From: Ptychomitrium polyphyllum | Taxonomy: Eukaryota | NCBI GenBank assembly: GCA_973851085.1 | Contig: OZ316775.1 | Location: 7,192,001 to 7,256,000 of the forward strand | Direction of reading: 5' to 3' | Length of the DNA: 64,000 bases | In this document: one piece after another, positions 53,848 to 64,000 of the stretch | How positions within the stretch are numbered: the first letter of the stretch is position 1 | How the letters are laid out: each line of letters opens with the position of its first letter | Notes under the pieces: model-generated | Told to the model about the DNA's origin: nothing | What the model saw: only the letters and a program-made list of their open reading frames with translations | Database searches by the model: none | Position numbers and translations under genes: made by a program

Positions 53848-55741
53848 GCCCACTGTGGTCTGCACTGTTATAAGTCTAGGTGTACTATGCCACAGTTTTC
53901 CAACCAAGTTCAAGACTTTCCTGCCTTGAGAGTGACTGGGAAATTACCAATTCAGTACTGGAACTGCGTCGCTCATAAGCTGCGTCTCAGAGCAATAAAA
54001 CTTCAAAAAACATCATCATCAAGTAGGTACTCCTGTGCTAACGACACCGTGGTGGAACCTGCTGGCTTTCTGGTATGTTACTCGGCTCCACTCCACCCCA
54101 GGCTCACATGCGAGTGTCTATATTTTGGTTTTCACGCACACTGATTGGCTGTGGCCATCACTGCACACACGCACACGTTCACATGTAGTGATATGCAGTG
54201 CCTCTCTCTCTGCAGTGCAGTGCATTGCATTACATTGCATTGCATTGTTTTGGAGGGCAGAGTTTGAACCAGTCTTTGAGGCTCTCTGTCGTTGCCTCTG
54301 GTTATGTTATTATTATTTTTAATTTTTTTTTGGTGTGACTATGATTTGGGTGGTGTCGTGGAGTTTGGAGTGTGTGCACCAGGTGTTGGCGTTATCTAGG
54401 AATGGCAAAGCAATGGAGATGAAAATCGATGTAAGGGTAGATGTTCAGCGGTGTGAGTGGAGCGGTGTGATGAGTGACCTTTGTTTTGATTAGTGCTGTG
54501 TCTCTTGGGTAGAGATTACGTGGTGTGTTTGTCAGGTTATGATTGTGGACGGAGTGGTGCATTACTGGTGGAGATTAAAGGGTCTGTGTGTATTGTTGGA
54601 AATTTTCTTGGTAGCTTGCCTCAGTTGATCTTGGATGTTAAAGCAAGTAAAACGACTGTACAAAGTGTACAAAAAGTGTGTATAAAAAGTGTGTATGAAG
54701 TGTGTAGTCACTTCTCATACATCTATTCTTGCATGTACAAGCTGGTTTTCAGCTCTCAATTGTTGGCTTTTCAAACATATCAAACAACTAAAGTTTCAAT
54801 GAAAAATAAATTAGTACACTAATAGTAGTTTCTTAGTAGTTTATAATAAAGAAATTGATTATTTAATTATGAAATTAAAGAAATTATTAAAATTGAATTG
54901 CATAATTTGGTATTACTTATTAGTGACAACATAAAAACATGCTCAATACATTTTTGAAAATAAATCACTCATATCTTCTTTTTGTTGAAATTTTTCTTTC
55001 AATAAGAAAGATTATAATTCAATCCTTGTTCTAAATGTCTTTATGAGGTAAAAGCTTTTAAACTCAATTTTAAAATGCCCCTAACAAAACCATAGTATTT
55101 TAAAAATAACAACCTATTAATAATATTTGTTTATACTTTGTTGATCTTTAATGAAGTCTAAAAAACCTCTTTGTGACATGACTTGTGTTTTTGAAATTTT
55201 ATAATTTAAATTCAAATTCAAATTCTTGATTTAAAATAATTGAATGATTATAAAAATGGCTAATATTATTGATTCCAAGAACATATCATACTTAAACAAT
55301 GATTCTAGAAATGATCTTTCTTTTTTAGTTCCATGAATTTGACAATAGCAAATATTCTTGGAATTCACAATCAATTGTTAAAGTCTTCACTTATTGTCAA
55401 GGCAATTGTGACTTAACAAATTCTTTGTTTTGATAAAGTGTCTTACTTGGACAATTATTAGAAGCAATCCTTCATTTCTAAGGTGTACATATAGAGCTCA
55501 TTCATTGAGCTTACTTTGAAATCTTTTGAAAAGTGAAGGGGCCTATTCTTATTCTTTCTTAGTTAGCATTAATTATCACATGCAAATTTGTAAGCAAAAG
55601 TCTAGTTTTGTGCTTGATTCCAATAGCTAGAAGAACATGGATTCTTTAATCTTGTAATGTAAGTATGTTTTATACTATTTTGTACTTACGACAAAATTGC
55701 GGTAGTACTAAACCTTATGGAGTAATTTATTCTTTACATTG

Positions 55742-57378
55742 TTAAGTACTTAAAGGAGCTCTTTGTGGGATGCCCTTCCGTCTCTTGGTATTACAACTTG
55801 CAAAATTATATAATGGTGTATAGCACAAACATCTTTGATATGATGTGATGCCAATGATGGCATCAAGGTTTTCTTTTGATTGAGTGCTACATATGTGCTG
55901 AGAAGGCTCAATAGTGGCATTAGCTTCACTATAACTCTCTTGGTTATCTTGCCCAAGTATTCTACAATTTGAAGGCAAGTGCAATAGTTTTTTAGATCTG
56001 GGGGCTTTTTTTGGACATAACAACTCTAATTTTAAATTCAATGAAGCCTTGGTTATTGGCATTTTGTTTCCAATGCTCACCAAGGATTGTTTTTGCGGTT
56101 GAGGTACAAATGTTAAGTCATGGTCATGGTCATGTTTCTCAATGCCTCCAAGCTGTGATATCACATAGCACAGTACCACTATGACCTAATAAGTATCAAT
56201 CATTTCATCTTGATAGGAAGCTTTAAAATGTTTCAACATGGAATGAAAATGGAATTAGAAAAAAGCAAGGTAATGAACATCCTGCCTTGCATCCTAAAGA
56301 ACAAAATCGGTAAGTGTTGAGCAGGCTACGCTTACATCCCTCACAAATATTAGTTATGCCTTTTGCCGGCCGAGATTGAGGCCGCTCATTTAAAAAAACC
56401 ACCCTTGCGCTATTGATGATGTATGTTTGCACACTTGTAATGTCCAACACTTTTTGAATCTCAGATATTCGAATCACATCATGGTAAGATGATCGCCGAA
56501 TCTACAAAAAATTATTTGTCTTACTTTAGGGCTTGAAATAAAAAGAAATGCTATAATAATTGAAGTAGCCAAATGTCAAGAAGTCAACATTGGATGTGGA
56601 GAAGGAAGGCAAAGAAGAATTACCTGGACAACGTGGTGGTCTTTATGGGCAGGGAAGCAAGAAGCACACATACTATCACCCATGCACTCCAAGCAAAACA
56701 AGTTGCACTCGCTCTTATACGACATTATCCCATGGATTGGACATGATGCAAAGAAACGAGTTTCTAATAGAGGCTTCAACCACGTTGGGCACATCACCTT
56801 GCTTTTACCTGTACTTTTGCGTACTTCACAACTTTGGTAATCCTATACAAATTTCAATGCAAGAAACACGCCTTAAAGCATTAGTTTCAATGATTTATTT
56901 TCTTCTCTACATGAATTTTCACCAAATTTTATTTTTCACCAAAGAGCTTAATGTTCCAATTCCACAACAATCAATAAAAATTAGTCAGAGCTAATATTTT
57001 CTTTGTTTAATAGTGAGGCAATTTGGTCATCTATACAACTAAGATAACTTTACAAGGTTTTAACTCAGTTTCTAGTTTCATCATTCATGATGAAATATAA
57101 GATTCAAGAGATTGGTATCCAATTCTAAAAATAGATTGCTGCAAATTGGACGTCAAAAAATCTAATGAAACATATAATGAACTACAAAATCATCTATTGA
57201 AGCTAATTTTTGTATTGATAAACTCAAATCTAAGTTCAATATGACATTTATTTATTTATCCATCACTAATTAACTTAATCTTATCAATGAAGATGCAATT
57301 AAACCTCACCTTGGTTTTGCTTGTACTAGCTTGTGTAAGATAGCTAGAAAGATGTGGTGATGCGGAAGTGATTGCCAT
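55742..57378 (-). CDS. PLATZ zinc-binding transcription factor, 4 exons (57378-57310, 56842-56624, 56501-56286, 56152-55742)
   Basis: PTWLKPLL...FF..C..H....[11 protein letters not shown]....C..C...[19 protein letters not shown]...[19 protein letters not shown]...[20 protein letters not shown], and C-terminal [11 protein letters not shown]. The first exon is less certain. Confidence 0.9.
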
Positions 57379-58961
57379 CTTTACTTACTTGGTGGTTGAT
57401 TATAATGTAAATTGATGAAAAAATAATATTATCATCAATGCAACAAGTAAAATCACACAAAATAAAATAGGATAGAATAGAAGATATGGAAATAGTTGAA
57501 TGCCAAAGTAGTGGTGGGAGTGAAGAGTAAGGTAAACGTTGGTGTTTTAATTAATTGGATAGCAAGAGGCTATGCAATGATGAATCCAAACCTTTTTGTA
57601 ACCATTGTGAACCGATTTTGTTGCACAATGCCTCTTTGAAAAGCAATCGTTGCAACCTACACTATATATGACTTTATTCTACATAATATTTTATATTAAG
57701 AATTGGCACTTTTCATATGATAAGCATACTAATGTTGTCATAGTTTTTTTTTTAATTGAATGCTTAGAAGTATATGCAAGATAACAATGGCTAGACAATA
57801 TTCAACAGTAGAAATTGGATAAATACTTGTTGTATAAAAAATGATGCTCATTGAGGTTTTATTTCTATTCAAGTTTAAATTCTAAGAATTTGATTTGAAA
57901 TACTTGATTTCTTTTACTAATTTTTGAGTATTTTTTAATTTGAGTTGCTTCTTAATCTTTCATGAAGACAATACTACTTCCTATTTGTATTTTCCTAGCT
58001 TATTTGGAATATTAATGGTTTAAAAATCTATATCTAAGAAAAACATGATTTTGAGATGAAATTTAAAGTTGGAACTAAAGATTTTCTTAAATGACCTCAT
58101 ATTGATTCAAAACTAATTCACTATTTAATATAAAATATGCTAGATTTAACTACAAATCATTTGAACTTTCATATTTGTAATGAATAATACTTAATAAAGT
58201 ATTTTTTTATATGTAATTTCTTACATAGGACAAAATTACTAATGAATATATTTATGTAAGTATTTTTATTCCCATCTTGAACTTATGTACAAAACATATG
58301 TTGGTAGTGTTAGATTATTGTTTTTCATTAGGATTGGACCTATTTTTTGTAGAAAAATATAGGATATATAAATTGGTAACACAAATAAAGAATAAAAAGA
58401 GAAAAAACAAAATGAAGGAATATTTTATTTATGTGCAAACCTGGTCTTTATATAATAAAGTTTTAAAATATCAATATAAAATCTATGCATGGAAAACATG
58501 TTATCAAGTCAATTGTTTTGAAATTTGTGAATTGTGAAGAATTATGACATATTTTGGTTCATTATCTTTTATAATTTTTTTGAAAATCAATTTTATGTTT
58601 AAAGTTTTAGATGAAATAAAGAACCAGGTTTAAGCTCAATCCACCAAGATTTGAATGGAAACCATTCAAGGATTTTAAGAACACAACATCATTTTATTTT
58701 TATCATATAGTATTTAGAAGTCAACAAAGGTGATATGGCAGGAATATTTAATAGATTCATTTACACATTTTATTTTATTTTGTACTTTTTACTTTTTTGG
58801 TGACACAATGAAAATATCACATCGTAAAGCATAACAAATAACAAGGTCAAAATCTAGCTGTATTTCACTAAACCTTGGTTTAAAGACACTTAAAGCATGC
58901 ATGGAAATCTTTTATATCACCACCGAAGTATCTCCTAGGTATCTCATACGTTTAAACAGGC

Positions 58962-59042
58962 CATCACCGTGTTATCACAGAGTGTCGCCTGTGATATGCA
59001 TCACCGTGTTATCACAGGGTGTCGCCTGTGATATGCATCACC
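58962..59042. repeat. 37-bp direct tandem repeat (2.2 copies), each unit with an internal inverted repeat
   Basis: catcaccgtgttatcacag[a/g]gtgtcgcctgtgatatg x2, then catcacc. Confidence 0.92.
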
Positions 59043-59586
59043 TAAGAATTAACTCGCCCGGGTATCGCATCAGTCGCAGATTCCATTAACATTCTTGGAA
59101 TGTCTTCGTCCTGTTTCGGTAAATGAAGAATCTCATGGCTGCCTTGGGGGGGAAGGGGGGATATCCGGGTCTCGACGGGTATACACACGACACCACGGTG
59201 ACATTTTATGATACCCGGAATACAACGGGTTGTTACTGCGGCGCGCATGTCGTTAACGTGGACACAACGCACACAACCGTGCTGTTGTGCGGAGGGCCGC
59301 AAGCTGATCGGAGTCTGAGTGCAACAGAGATGGTAGCTGACGGCATGCATGCAGTTGGAACGCAGCCAATCTCACTCCGGGTCAACTGTGCGTGGTGTCT
59401 CTGTGCCATGATCTTCACTGGTCACGCGCTCTGGGGTTTTGCAATTGCGGCATTCGGTTGGATCATCGCAATCTCATGTTCGTCTCATTATGATCTTGCT
59501 TAAGCCCTAACCCTAAATTTTACTTGGTGGGCTCATTACGATGCTGTAGCTTTGGGTTGGAGAATTGGAGTTGTGGGTTGTTAGCA

Positions 59587-62500
59587 ATGAGAGGGATTTT
59601 ACTGAAAGGCTTCTTTCGATGCCGGGCGTTGAGCTCTGTGCCCAATGTGTGGGCGCGGAATCGCAGGAGCTCGTTTTCTCTGCCTCGGGTGAAGCGTCAG
59701 AAGCTCCTTCCGTCTGTTTTCTCACATCACGCGAGTGGGGAGGCTGATGGTGGCAGTGGCGGTGGTGGTGATGATGGGAGTGAAGAAGAAGAGGAGGAGG
59801 CTCTGGATGAGGATGTGCAGAGTGAGGAGAGTGCTGGTGGGAGCGAGGAGCTTTCAGAGTTTTTGGTTAAAGCTAGGAAGGATGTGGATGTTACTATTGT
59901 GCCGCAAGAACGAGAGAGACCTAGTTTATACCCGTAAGTTTTGTTTACATTCCGTCGTTGGGCATGGTCTGTTACAGTGTGCATCTGTAGTTATTGTTTT
60001 GGAGTTGATTGTAGTTGCATGTTCAAGGAGCCTTATAGGGAATTCATAAGAGACGCGGAATTCTGGCTGTTCTGACTGTTGTTGGGGACGGAGTCTTGCA
60101 GATCTGTAGTTTATGAGGGCAGTGTAGCCACAGTCAAGCTTGGTGTTGGCCAGGTTTAAACCTCGCTTAAACCCTAACTCTCAGGTTTCTGGTTTTTGGT
60201 TTCTGACAAGTTTGAATGAGGGAAACGGGGGCGTACATATTGAGTTGATGGTGTAGATCAGGCTCTCTCTTAAGTGTTGGCTTACTTGCAGCGCCTTTCC
60301 TTTTTAGGGCCCGAATTTGGGAAAGCCCCTTCTGGAAATGCTTCCTGCTAACGTCAAGTAGAGAAAATCCTGCTTTGACCTGGTTTGGATAGCGATTTAG
60401 GTAGGAGGAATGCTATGTTATGAAATGAGTCATATTCTAACCTAAGCGAACTATGTTGTTTTTCGCTACTGAATTACTTAGAATTTTGGCTTGCAGATGG
60501 TCATATTGGATGGATGTGCAATGGTGCAAGTTGTGGAAGGCCAGGCGTCCATGCTTGGCTACTCTTTCCTTCAGGGAACGGATGTCCTTGTTTGCTCCAG
60601 CTCTAGGCTTGCTGAACTTATTACCATTGAAGCTCGGAATGTTTGCGAAGGCGGAGGATCAGGTGGAGCAGAAGTGACAGACATAAATATGGCAGAAGGA
60701 AGTGAAGAAACCAGTAGCTCACAAGACGTTTTGGGATGCCATATAAAATTCGCCTCCCATAGTCTTGGTCAGAATATATTAACAAGTAATGTGGTTGCAC
60801 GACGAAGTTTATCCTTCAAACTGGTAGATGGCTCGCACGCTGCTGTTTTTATCTGCTTGCTGTCATAAGTTAGGTGTCACAACAGTGCGAATTCGGCAGT
60901 CAGTGGTCTATATGTCATCTGTATCGAACTAATCTGTTCTATCATTTCAGGTTGAGTCTATTCTGTCCCTTTATTTAACATGGATATCGTGTTTGATGAT
61001 GATGTAGGGATTTGTTGGATCACTGGGCAAACCAATTCAAGATCAGGATTCCCACGACGTCAATGAATGTGATAGTGATGATGAGGAACTTGATTTAGAT
61101 TCTGAAGCTAGTTACTCAGATACTGAAGATGGAGACGAGAGAGATGATCAGATTGAAGTACCACTGGAAGATGTTGAGTTTGCTGCTGCTACTACAGAAA
61201 TTGTTAAAAAGCGCAAAGGTCTTGGAGGAAATCCACTTAGCATTAAAAGGCAATGGACAGCAGAAAGGATAGCAGAAACGGTGGACAGCTACTCTTCAGC
61301 TACGAGTGTACCACGCGATTGGAAGGAAGCTGTTGAAACTATCACACTTAGTTCCAGTATACCAGTAGTTGGTATATGCGGTGCAAAGAATGTCGGAAAG
61401 TCTACGTTTGCTCGATTCCTAGTGAACTCACTTCTTAACAGGTCTCGGACTGGACAGCCATTATGTCCAATGAGAACTCTGATTACCGATTTTGAAATTG
61501 TGTTCTATTTATGTGGACTCAAGACTATGTCAGGTGGGTGCATCTTTAACCAACAAGACTCATTATTTTAACCATTTTTTTGTGTGTACTCTTTCAGGTA
61601 CAAGGAGGTTGCTTACCTGGATACAGACGTTGGACAACCAGAATTTACAGCTCCTGGGTGTGTATCGCTACATATTCTGGACAGCCCAGTTGTTGGTAAG
61701 ATTTGCTACATTTGCAAGACTAATTGCTTATGAGATATGCATGCCAACTTCCAACTTTTGTGTTTCCCAAGTTTCTGAGTTTAGTAATATCGTACCCTGC
61801 TGGTATGTTCATGTGTCTAAAAACATTTGGCATTAAATTGCTGCGGATAAAACTTGCCCTGCTGGGAGGTGGCTATATTTTGCAAGTTAATCTGATGAAT
61901 ATACCAGCAGGATACGGTAAGTACGTTGTACAGTATATTTGAATGACTATGAGTGCGAAAGTAGGTTTTTGCAAATCATTTCAATCACTAACTCTGCTCT
62001 GTTGTGTACTAGGTCCGCCAGCAATGCACCTTCGAACACCAGAGAGGTACACAAATCTAAATTTGTTCACCATTTCCACGTCAAAGGTTTTATGTTGTCA
62101 TGAATTTGCATCCTTATTACTGGTAGCATTTAACTCCTGGTCCATCATCTTTATCAAGCTTGTTTACTCAGCTTATAGCCCTGGAAAAACAACATCAAAA
62201 TTTCTCTATTTTCGTCACTTTATGAATTTGGACATGGAATTATTTATTCGTTTAGTACTTTTCAAAATTAAATTCAATCGTCGGCAGAATTTGTAACTGG
62301 TATTTTGTAATTGACACTTCCGCAGGTGCGTCTTTTATGGCGATGTTTCTCCTAAAAGTAACCCGATGATGTATGGTGAACACGTAATTAATGTTTTCAA
62401 CTACTTTCGTCAGAAATATTTTATCCATTCCACATCAAATATCCCATTAGTCATCAACACTCATGGATGGGTGAAAGGTAGCAGAAGCTTTCACTCCATT

Positions 62501-64000
62501 GTTCTCCTTCCTTTTCTTACTCACCTTTGTTTTAATTTCATTTCCGTCCCAACTGTAATGCCTTCCAGTTGGAGAACTCAAGGTCTGGTAATTTGTCATG
62601 TGAGTGCAGTGGTAAAATTTTTAACTAGTGGCTCAACGGTTTTTTGAAATCTCCCGCAGGTATTGGCTATGATGTTGTCGTTGACATCTTGAATACTACC
62701 TCTCCAACACATGTTGTGCAATTGTTGGCCAATTCCGAGAAAAAGAATTTGCCTCGCAACAAGTTCTGGGATGAAAAGAGTTTGGCGATAACTATACATG
62801 TAGAAAGCGCAGTGGAGAAATTGCCCATGTATGCAATTCTGACTGTCCCGATTTGTGAATGCTATTCATCTTTCTGTGTATAATATTTGAACACTTTCTG
62901 AGATGTGTGCAAAGTATTTAACAGGCATCGAAACGTAAGATCAGCGCATCATCTACGAGCAGCCCGATTGCTTGCATATTTCCAACAGTGTTTTGGTGAG
63001 AATTCAGCACCATTCCCTTACCGTGAAGCTAAGCTATTTGCACAAACTGCCATGTCACTTGCAAGGGATACGCCATACGAGGTCCCATTCACTGCCTTTA
63101 AGATCAAGCATCTTCATTTTGAGGTTTGTGCCTAATGTGCTTGCAATATATTGTTTGCACCCTTCTGCAATGAGTTTATGATTCACATGTTTATTGCGTT
63201 TCAGGTTTTTTGCATCTTCAAGAAGCTAGTCTAGTCTATGTATTCAAGGTAAACCAGTTCTTTGCCTAAACCAGGAGGATGTATCTGCATTTAAGACGGT
63301 ATGTTTCATAATTTGTGGTTGTTTCCATAATTCCAGGTACCGCCATCAGAGAGTCTTCGATGTGTAAACGCAACAATTGTGGGTCTCGGAGTAACCTCTG
63401 CTGTTAAGGACACTCAAGAAAACGATGACGGCAGTAGGTCGTCCCTACCGCTGTGTTTGGGTCTCGGTAAGTTCTTTTCGCTGTACCAAAATTAATTTTG
63501 TACAATTGAAGTGTTTTACAGCTCACCATTTTGTTTACGATACTTGTGAAATAATGAAGTCAAAAGTAGAATATGGAGGTCTTACGTCATGCACAATTGT
63601 TCAATTTTAAGGTCATACGGTAAGACATGGGCTTTTTGTGCAGGGATTGTGAAAGCAGTCGACATGACTAGAGGGGTGCTCTATATAAGCACGCCTGTAT
63701 CCCGAGAACAGCTCCAACAAGTTGATGTCTTGCTTCAGGGGCGTATTGAGATTCCAGTTCCACTCTTGATGGTAAGAGACTTTATTTATACTGGAAGGTT
63801 ATTAGTCATGTATCCTACCATGGGAAGTATTTGTATGTGAGTTTTGTGTAAATTCTTGTCAGGTTGTGCCTGTTTCTTGCATGATCTCCTGGTTTGGAAT
63901 ATTAGGTAGAAGCTCCCAGAACTAACTGCAATCCAAACGTTACTCCATGTATACATGATATTGATTTCAAGAGCATTTGAGTGCGCGTTTCTAAATTAAT
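59587..64000 (+). CDS. NOL9: Polynucleotide 5'-hydroxyl kinase NOL9/Grc3 (Clp1 family), multi-exon; 3' end probably beyond the window
   Basis: P-loop ICGAKNVGKSTFARFLVNSLLN, VAYLDTDVGQPEFTAPG, PLVINTHGWVKG-IGY, CLGLG-IVKAVDMTRGVLYISTP...VDVLLQGRIEIP. The start codon is uncertain. Confidence 0.9.

Noticed and set aside
59123..59503. 126-aa ORF upstream of NOL9
   Set aside because: Promoter-region ORF without recognisable homology or splice linkage.
30743..64000. Apparent clustering of nuclear/RNA-processing genes (NUP1, SR45, PRH, PLATZ, NOL9)
   Set aside because: Mixed orientations, unrelated families and a broad functional category; no evidence of a functional cluster.

Overview
Intron-rich eukaryotic plant nuclear DNA, probably a moss such as Physcomitrium (inferred from gene content, GC-rich first exons, AT-rich intergenic DNA and chromovirus type; not proven). 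It holds eight multi-exon genes: SEC6 (+), chloroplast FtsH2/8-type protease (-), NUP1/NUP136-like FG nucleoporin (+), an FAD-dependent monooxygenase (-), SR45 (+), a PRH-like PHD-homeodomain protein (-), a PLATZ factor (-) and NOL9/Grc3 polynucleotide kinase (+, probably running past the window end). A 13-kb block (15057-27999) is a multi-layer LTR retrotransposon nest. An old solo LTR is interrupted by a degenerate Ty3/gypsy chromovirus (element A), which itself contains a second, 5'-truncated chromovirus (element B). The old solo LTR is also interrupted by a younger solo LTR of its own family. The most interesting signals lie in the chromoviruses: a degenerate extra ORF 3' of the chromodomain, with a shared amino-acid motif in both elements and a TAATG stop/start overlap in one; a Tf1-like self-priming PBS; and a -1 gag-pol frameshift signal. 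No rRNA, tRNA or CRISPR was recognised. Exon boundaries were read by eye.
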